The position numbers and the translations under genes are program-made. The notes beneath the pieces were generated by a model. That model was not told the DNA's origin, made no database searches, and was given only the letters and a program-made list of their open reading frames with translations. From a virus: a stretch of 64,000 bases of DNA. Shown here one piece after another: positions 58,701-64,000 of the stretch. The DNA lies in IMG/VR virus record IMGVR_UViG_3300028666_000026, positions 1-64,000 of that record. One strand, written 5' to 3'. Position 1 is the stretch's first letter. Each line of letters starts with the position of its first letter.

Positions 58701-59968
58701 CGCAGCCTTACACGTTTGAGCAAGATGATCCTGCGACACTTAGTGGACAACCTGACGAGGACCTTTGGCAGAACGCCGTAGCTCCAATTCAGCTTGCCTT
58801 CCAGTGGCCGCAGCCTTACATCTTCGATCAAGACGAGCAGGACTTCGGTCTATACGGACAGCCCAACGAAGACCTTTGGGTCAACAGCGTACTGCCTGTA
58901 CAGTCCACGTTCACACTGCCGGTACAGTGGCAGTTTGAACAGGGCGAGTCTGCTGGCAGTCTGTACGGCTTGCCAGAAGAGTTGTACTGGCTCAATCCTG
59001 TCGCTCCAGTGCGCAGTACGTTTGCGCCAATATACTTGCCGGAGCCGGAGGAATTGCCGGCTGGTAGTTTGTCTTCGACCACTAAAGACGAAGACTTCTG
59101 GATTAACAGTGTAGCGCCGACTCAGCAAACGATGGGTCGTCTCTACGCACCAGACCTGGATGATACACGTCCAATACCAGCGCAGACGTTCTTCCCAGAA
59201 GAAGATTTCTGGAAGAATGGTGTTGCTCCAGTACAGTTCACACTGCTTTATCCAGCGCCATGGGCTGGCGAGCAGCATGATACTGCGAAGTTAAGCGGTG
59301 TACCAGAAGAAGATTTCTGGAATAATGCTGTAGCTCCTGTACGGTCTACATTCACTTATCCATTACCATGGGTAGGCGAGCAGCACGACACTGCGAAGTT
59401 AAGCGGCGTGCCAGAAGGCACAGATACTTGGACGAATTACGTAGCGCCAGTACGGTCTGCGTTCTCGCCCTTGTTATTGTGGGAACAGAGTGACCTCGAC
59501 TTCAACACTGTCGAGGAAGATCTGTGGCTTAACAATGTCGCCGTTGTTCGGTCTACATTCCAGAAACTAGTATTCTGGGATCAGGGCGACGTAGGCTTCA
59601 CCATTGCCGAAGAAGAGTTTTGGCAGAATGGTGTCGCACCTGTGCAATCTACGTTTGGTAAGGCGTACTTACCAGACGTTGAGCAGCACACTGCGCAGCT
59701 CAGTGGTCAGCCGGACGAAGACTACTGGCAGAACTGGGCTAAGCCAACACAATTCACGTTGCTCTACCCAGCACCGTGGATTTCTGACACTCAAGAACCG
59801 CAGTTATTCGGCGGCGCTACGGATGACGATTACTGGATGCCTTTGCAAACAGTGGTTATGGCGACGCAGTCAACACAACTGCTGTTTTGGGACGTGGATG
59901 ATGGTGGCTTAGTACCGCCGCGTAATCCCACATCGTTCGTAACGTGGATATCTGGCAACTTTACATAG
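55715..59968 (+). CDS. giant tandem-repeat virion protein (1417 aa; fibre/adhesin candidate)
   Basis: N-terminal ~240-aa G/S/T/A domain then ~28 tandem ~40-aa units [DE]EDFW-N-VAP-QL-FQYPAPWQFEQ--P-TLSGQP. Confidence 0.8.
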   Translation: MAIAFVGSAFSTGSTTAGTSKTITYSPAANNTLVVFGFAAGAAVTNVTDSAGNKYYQRSNPATNTTEAMCWSTNAGASIAGTSITITVTFGSSVRNTCVIVEYSGVTGIGKANTSTGTNAGPTIALGIQNANNVLVAGLSVESTSTYSLTTGTALRTSQAGAGATTPGGCVIDNTNASANTSVTCTAAITSGAWAGAALELTTVQAAIDNGTDDNWWGAVRLPLSKALAASITAVSLLGFPLQGAAAKLVTDEDHWQNRVAPVPLTLAYPQQFLFDSGDIPTVSAFQPGEDYWSVQFQYANQPSVVLGFPAQGAAAALVTDEDDWENPAPPPSPPTNFVYIPVDGDFAPFIVAFTPDEDIYQSQVAPIVSSMGALYWYDQAGLGFTTLEEDFWLGPPPPVTPWSANALYWFDTGGLDFTTLDDDYWLNQTSPTQLTLGYPSPWFDQGDIDFTQQDEELWQNQVVPQQLAFQYPAPWQFEQDEPSTLSGQPDEDFWSVYAPAWLTTPPLQAVRDDEVWTTQIVEEELWRGGLPTQLALNYLAPWFDQGDVDFTQQDEEFWQNQAAPAQLVFQYPAPWQFEQHEPGTLSGQPDEDFWQNYVAPVQLVLQWPQPYIFDQDEQDFGLHGQPDEDFWVNGVAPTQLVFQYPAPWQFEQNDPSTLSGQPDEDFWISNLAPVQAAFGYLSPWLDQGDVDFTQQDEELWQNRVPAQQLTLAYPAPWFDQGDVDFVQQDEDFWVSSITPIQLAFQYLAPWQFEQDDPSTLSGQPDEDLWINSVVPVQLTLRYPTPWQFEQNEQATLAGQPDEDFWLNFVAPVQATLVYPAPWQFDQDESPTLEGQLDEDFWVNRVQPQQLAFQWLQFTEQAELCFATVDDDFWQNTVLPTQLAFVYPAPWQFDPQDTAVLSGQPDEDFWVSGVAPTQLAFAYPAPWQFEQHDPAGSLVGTLEEEFWRNAVAPVQALLGPLYLPEPEELPAGLLHSPEEDFWENQVAPIQLAFQWPQPYTFEQDDPATLSGQPDEDLWQNAVAPIQLAFQWPQPYIFDQDEQDFGLYGQPNEDLWVNSVLPVQSTFTLPVQWQFEQGESAGSLYGLPEELYWLNPVAPVRSTFAPIYLPEPEELPAGSLSSTTKDEDFWINSVAPTQQTMGRLYAPDLDDTRPIPAQTFFPEEDFWKNGVAPVQFTLLYPAPWAGEQHDTAKLSGVPEEDFWNNAVAPVRSTFTYPLPWVGEQHDTAKLSGVPEGTDTWTNYVAPVRSAFSPLLLWEQSDLDFNTVEEDLWLNNVAVVRSTFQKLVFWDQGDVGFTIAEEEFWQNGVAPVQSTFGKAYLPDVEQHTAQLSGQPDEDYWQNWAKPTQFTLLYPAPWISDTQEPQLFGGATDDDYWMPLQTVVMATQSTQLLFWDVDDGGLVPPRNPTSFVTWISGNFT
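56440..59900 (+). repeat. in-frame tandem DNA repeats (~120-126 bp units)
   Basis: Recurring cagcctgacgaggacttctgg / ccagcgccttggcagttcgagcag blocks. Confidence 0.8.
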
Positions 59969-59981
59969 AGCGGAGGGCGAA

Positions 59982-60950
59982 GTGATACCTAAGACGCAAA
60001 CCCGCGTCGGCAAGAATGGCAATTGCTTCGCCACTGCTTTGGCCAGCATACTCGAGACTAAGGTGCCAGAGTTTGGATTGGCCGGCAAGGAGGACGATGC
60101 TGTTTACTGGCAGCGCGTTGATTCCTGGCTGGCCAAGCAAGGCTTGCAGTATAAACAAGTACCTATCGGTGACACACAGCCCGTTGGCTTTCACACCATT
60201 GAGGGCGTGTCTCCACGCGGCGGTATGCATGCTTGCGTGGCTTACAATGGAAAACTTGTGCACGACCCACATCCTGTGAAGGATGATCCACGGCGCGGAC
60301 TAGTTAAGCCAATGTTTTACGGCCTATTATTACCATTGAAAGTAGCAGCCACCGATGTTCGTCCTGTAGCTACCACTGCGCAGCGCGAGAATTTGGAAGC
60401 CGCGTTACGCAGCTACGTGGACACGCTCAAGTATCCGCATGTGCAACGCGACAAGAAGTTGAAAGCCGAGCTGCTTCAAAACATACGAGAAATAGAAGAG
60501 ACGTTACGGCTGACCACTGGTGCTAAGGATCGCGCCGACATGATGCAGCTGCGGCGTAACACCCAGCGGCAAGGCGGACCGTTTCATGTGCAGCTTACAG
60601 AGCCTGACGGACACGAGCACACTACCTCGGTGCATGCGCTGAAGGCGTACGACTGGTACGGCGCTTCCAAAGCTATTCCAGGCGATGTACAGCCCGGTGG
60701 CGGTTGTGCGGCTTGTCTGGGCTCACATCCTAAGTTGAAACCGGGTAGCGCGTGTCCATACCGCAAGAAGACCACGGACGAAGTCCTTCCAGTCCCACCG
60801 CTCAGTGTTGGCGATACCATCAAGCTGGCTAACGGCAAGAAGTCCAAAGTACGTAAGATCACACTGGCCAAGAATCTGTTGGGCGAACCGGAGTGGCACG
60901 TACTGACAACATCGGGTGATGTAGTCACCATCAGAAGCAAGGAGAACTAA
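59982..60950 (+). CDS. putative papain-like cysteine peptidase
   Basis: GKNGNCFATALASIL (Cys) and GGMHACVAYNG (His) spacing; GTG start. Confidence 0.4.
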   Translation: MIPKTQTRVGKNGNCFATALASILETKVPEFGLAGKEDDAVYWQRVDSWLAKQGLQYKQVPIGDTQPVGFHTIEGVSPRGGMHACVAYNGKLVHDPHPVKDDPRRGLVKPMFYGLLLPLKVAATDVRPVATTAQRENLEAALRSYVDTLKYPHVQRDKKLKAELLQNIREIEETLRLTTGAKDRADMMQLRRNTQRQGGPFHVQLTEPDGHEHTTSVHALKAYDWYGASKAIPGDVQPGGGCAACLGSHPKLKPGSACPYRKKTTDEVLPVPPLSVGDTIKLANGKKSKVRKITLAKNLLGEPEWHVLTTSGDVVTIRSKEN

Positions 60951-60951
60951 T

Positions 60952-61263
60952 ATGGCAGCAATCGCACAATCAGTATTTACTCCAGACACCGCCGTAGGCA
61001 CCAGTGTTGGCTCCAGCAGTGCCGCCGTAGCTTTACCTGGCACACCTGCCAGTGATACAACGCTGCGTGTGGCCAATGTGGGCAACAATCCTATCTACGT
61101 CAAGCTCGGCACTACCAACGCCGTCACGGTGACCAACGGAACCGGCCTCTGCATTATGCCAGGCGACAAGGAATATCTGGGCATCGGGTCCAACACCTAC
61201 ATCGCCATGACCACCGGCACGCCTGGGACATCCTCCACGGTGAACTTAACAACAGGCTCGTAG
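60952..61263 (+). CDS. hypothetical small structural protein
   Basis: 103 aa, T/G-rich. Confidence 0.4.
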   Translation: MAAIAQSVFTPDTAVGTSVGSSSAAVALPGTPASDTTLRVANVGNNPIYVKLGTTNAVTVTNGTGLCIMPGDKEYLGIGSNTYIAMTTGTPGTSSTVNLTTGS

Positions 61264-61320
61264 CTCTGCACGCTGCACTTGAGCGACCCAATACAATACG
61301 CATTGAGAAGGAGAAGCGCG

Positions 61321-62892
61321 ATGCCGCTGCTTGAAGGAAAGAAGAATGTCGGCCACAACATCAAGGTGGAAGAAGAGCACGGCAAGCCCAAGAAGCAGGC
61401 CGTGGCCATCGCGCTCAACAAGGCCGGGGAGTCGAAGGACACCGTCCAGCCCGTCTCCCTCGCCGAAGCCAAGCACAATGCCGGAGTAACGGTGTCGCAG
61501 GACAAGAGGACGAAGGACTCCTCCATCGTCCAGCCTGTCCCGCTGGCCACCAAATCCACGGCTATTCGCGCCGTCCCTATGCCTGCCGGCGAGCGTAATC
61601 AGCCGTCACTGGCTCCAGTGCCGGTGGGGGACGACTTCGACGAGTATCGTGAAGATAGATATGATTTGCAGGGCAGTATTGGTAAGTTGATTGTGAGCTT
61701 GGCAAAGAAGGGTCGTACGGTTTCTGACATTGCCAAGCAAGTCGGCTTGGACAAGCAATTAGTGGCCAACACCATCAAGGCATCTAAAGCTGGCAAAACA
61801 AGGGATGCCGCTCTGCTGCCCAAGGATGCGCAGCTTGCGCCCGGCACCAAGGTGCATAACTCGCGTGGTCAGTTTGGCAAGGTCAAGGAGCATCGTTCCA
61901 ATGGCGTGGTCATTGTGGAGACAGACCGCGGCCCGGAGCTGTGGGACTTGAATAAGACGTTCCGCGCAGCAGACGGAAAGGCGAAGGACTTCCAAACGCC
62001 AGCTGCTCGCGAGAACGAAGCCATTAAACTGCTGGCGCGTGAATTCAGCGTGTCCACGCAAGAAGCGGCCAATGCACTGCGCAACACGCCTGCCAGCAAA
62101 CCATTGGACAAGCGTATGGACATGGCTGCAGAGTTTTTGGAGCTGCACGCAGAAGACGCCGTCCTCCCCGTTCCTGTTAACGATGTCGAGCGTGAGACTA
62201 AGCTGGCTCCTGTGCCAGTGAAACCCAGACCATATGTGCCGTTCCACATGTCGCCCGAAGATATAAAGAAGGCATACGAGCCGGTGGGTAGTGCTGGCAA
62301 GGGGCGGTTGGGGATTAAGGACGACCAAGTAGACGTGGTGGTTGAGCTTACACAGCGTATTAAGCAGGCTGTTAAGAAAGCCAAGGCTGAAGGAACCGTC
62401 GGTATGTCCGAGGCTAACCTCAAGCAGCTTGTAAATACTCGCGGGTTGTCGTTCGCAAACCCCAATCATTTTGAACGGTCCTTCCGAGCAGCGTTAACTC
62501 GTGCAGGCGTGGGCGGCTTTGCGAAGGACCGTGCCCGCGCAGCCGACTCCCTCGTCGATCCGACCGTTCACCTGAACAATGCCATGAAGTACGAGGTTGG
62601 TGGAGACCGCGCTCGAGCTCTGGACAGCTATCGAGCAGCGGCTAGCGGCTTCCGCCGTAACGGTAATCGAGATAGCCTGGAGCGCGCTCTAGACGGCGTT
62701 GCAGAGTGTCAACGACGCATGGTTGGAGAAACAGGCGCGTTCTACGGGCACCCCAAAGCTGGTCGAGTACAGGCCTGTGACTCGACCGACAAGGCGCTGC
62801 GCGTTGCTCTGGAGCGTACACGTGCTGGGGAGGACGTGAGCGTGGAGGGGCAGCGCGTAGTGCCACGCAGTAAACGGGAGGCGTATGCCTGA
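61321..62892 (+). CDS. hypothetical virion/assembly protein
   Basis: RBS AAGGAGAAG; conserved-looking N-terminus MPLLEGKKNVGHNIKVEEEHGKPKKQAVAIALNKAG. Confidence 0.5.
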   Translation: MPLLEGKKNVGHNIKVEEEHGKPKKQAVAIALNKAGESKDTVQPVSLAEAKHNAGVTVSQDKRTKDSSIVQPVPLATKSTAIRAVPMPAGERNQPSLAPVPVGDDFDEYREDRYDLQGSIGKLIVSLAKKGRTVSDIAKQVGLDKQLVANTIKASKAGKTRDAALLPKDAQLAPGTKVHNSRGQFGKVKEHRSNGVVIVETDRGPELWDLNKTFRAADGKAKDFQTPAARENEAIKLLAREFSVSTQEAANALRNTPASKPLDKRMDMAAEFLELHAEDAVLPVPVNDVERETKLAPVPVKPRPYVPFHMSPEDIKKAYEPVGSAGKGRLGIKDDQVDVVVELTQRIKQAVKKAKAEGTVGMSEANLKQLVNTRGLSFANPNHFERSFRAALTRAGVGGFAKDRARAADSLVDPTVHLNNAMKYEVGGDRARALDSYRAAASGFRRNGNRDSLERALDGVAECQRRMVGETGAFYGHPKAGRVQACDSTDKALRVALERTRAGEDVSVEGQRVVPRSKREAYA

Positions 62893-64000
62893 AGCAATTA
62901 TCGACGCAACGCAGTCTGCATCCGGATACTTGGTCAGTCCGCTGAGTGATAACATCAGCGAAACTGATGAAGGCTATCTGGTCATTGTAGGCTGTCCAAT
63001 TGCGCGCACAGGGTTTCAGGATTATGCGGTCAAAGACCTGCCTCAAGAAGCAGCTGAGGCGCTGGGCGTTGACATCAGCAATCCTTCGGCCACCATCAGT
63101 CTTTACCGTCCTGCCTCGGAGGTGTTCGCCCCAGAGTTTCTTGCGTCATTAAATGGCAAACCTATCACGGATAACCATCCTGAGAATTTTGTCAACGCAG
63201 ATAACTTCAAGCAGTACGCTCTTGGACATATACAGAATCCGCGCAAGGGCACTGAGCAGTTAGAAGACGGCGAGTGGCCTCTTATTGCGGACTTGGTAAT
63301 CAGCGGCGAGCCATTGATTGGCAAAGTGCGTGCTAGAACACAGCGCGATGTCAGTCTAGGTTACGACTACGGCATTCGTCGTGAGGGCAAAAAGATTATT
63401 CAGTGCGATTTGCTGGGTAATCATGCTGCCATTGTACCCAAGGGCCGCGCCGGTGACTTCGTCAGTATTCAGGACGCAGCACCAGAGCTGAGCGCAGTAG
63501 TTGGTACTTTGACCATCAAGAACGGCATAGTCTTGGCCGACAAAGTTCTTGAAACATCCACCGCTGCTCCGCCTGAGCCTGCTGCGGCTTTGCCGCCTGA
63601 GCCCAGCGCCGGGCACGCAGCGCAAACAAATAACGCTGTAAAACCAATTAAGGAGAAGCACAAGGTGAAGAATCCACTTCTGCACCTCTTTGGCCTCGGA
63701 TTGAAGGCCAAGGCTCAGGAAGAGAACACCGACCCTGAGGAACTCGCGCAGGCGGCTCTGGATATGAGTAAGTACCAGGCCTCTCGTGCACGTGCCGCCG
63801 ATTCCGAAGATCCCGATGAGGGTGAACTGGCTGAAGAGGCTGCGAAGGACAAGAAAAAGTCCAAGGATCGTAAGAAGGGCAAAGACGATCTCGGCGATCC
63901 TGAGGACAAGGACGTCGAACCGCCTGCCGTCGACGCGGGGCGCAAGCAGCTGCATGACGCTCTGGACAAGGTCATGGATAAGAAGAAGGGCGGCAAGGAC
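62885..64000 (+). CDS. putative capsid assembly protease/scaffold-like protein (partial, continues past window)
   Basis: ATGA-coupled open frame; GKPITDNHPE...GYDYGIRREGKK..NHAAIVPKGRAG then highly charged K/E/D tail. Confidence 0.4.
   Translation, partial: MPEAIIDATQSASGYLVSPLSDNISETDEGYLVIVGCPIARTGFQDYAVKDLPQEAAEALGVDISNPSATISLYRPASEVFAPEFLASLNGKPITDNHPENFVNADNFKQYALGHIQNPRKGTEQLEDGEWPLIADLVISGEPLIGKVRARTQRDVSLGYDYGIRREGKKIIQCDLLGNHAAIVPKGRAGDFVSIQDAAPELSAVVGTLTIKNGIVLADKVLETSTAAPPEPAAALPPEPSAGHAAQTNNAVKPIKEKHKVKNPLLHLFGLGLKAKAQEENTDPEELAQAALDMSKYQASRARAADSEDPDEGELAEEAAKDKKKSKDRKKGKDDLGDPEDKDVEPPAVDAGRKQLHDALDKVMDKKKGGKD

Noticed and set aside
56440-59900. Tandem repeats considered as a CRISPR array or satellite
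   Set aside because: The units are ~120-126 bp with no spacer/repeat alternation. They are in frame within one long ORF and encode a coherent 40-aa peptide repeat, so this is a coding repeat and not CRISPR.
61759-62469. Minus-strand ORFs 61759..62469 and 61869..62465 inside the 61321..62892 gene
   Set aside because: These are antisense shadows. Two alternative frames on the same stretch and no RBS.
1-64000. Integrase/attP, phage RNA polymerase, endolysin/holin cassette, major capsid protein
   Set aside because: I searched the translations for tyrosine/serine recombinase, single-subunit RNAP, lysozyme/amidase and HK97/T7 capsid signatures and found none convincing. Only a weak peptidase candidate and small TM proteins were seen. 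The missing genes are either outside the window or too diverged to recognise by eye.

Overview
This window reads as a large part of a tailed dsDNA phage genome (or prophage) with roughly 55-60% GC. A leftward early/replication block (12..38872, minus strand) and a rightward packaging/virion block (40343..64000, plus strand) diverge from an AT-rich, palindrome-rich switch region (38880..39310). Beyond the features listed, many further small minus-strand ORFs tile the early block with 1-4 nt overlaps (for example 24992-26583, 28872-30522, 31426-31873, 32823-33155, 35469-35866, 36122-36337); they are not listed individually.

Early block, recognised from motifs in the translations: a family-A DNA polymerase; a D5-type primase/SF3 helicase; an ATP-dependent DNA ligase; an SNF2-family helicase; a DEDDh 3'-5' exonuclease; a Cas4/RecB-like nuclease; a VRR-NUC nuclease; a GIY-YIG nuclease; a NUDIX hydrolase; a dCTP-deaminase/dUTPase-fold protein; a HAD 5'-deoxynucleotidase; two SAM-dependent methyltransferase-like proteins; a metallophosphoesterase; a DnaJ-like J-domain/zinc-finger protein; and a tRNA-Met(CAU).

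The most unusual early gene is an 870-aa homolog of the eukaryotic major vault protein (MVP repeats, shoulder domain and cap-helix). It sits beside a Pol-beta-type nucleotidyltransferase. A Flp/Fap-type pilin homolog is also present.

A conserved 22-bp inverted-repeat motif carrying TATAAT on the minus strand recurs five times in front of early operons.

Late block: terminase small and large subunits; a MuF-like head morphogenesis protein; a portal with a C-terminal extension; a capsid-module R-S-E ADP-ribosyltransferase (T4 Alt-like); a LuxR-type HTH protein; a DxD glycosyltransferase; a 1417-aa protein built from about 28 tandem ~40-aa Trp/acidic repeats; a papain-like peptidase candidate; and the start of a protease/scaffold gene that runs off the window.

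Between the blocks lie two plus-strand tRNAs and a ~250-nt element whose 3' end closely resembles a tmRNA (ssrA) tRNA-like domain.

No major capsid protein, integrase, RNA polymerase or CRISPR array was recognised. Every functional call rests on motifs read from the translations and on recalled family signatures. None is database-verified.
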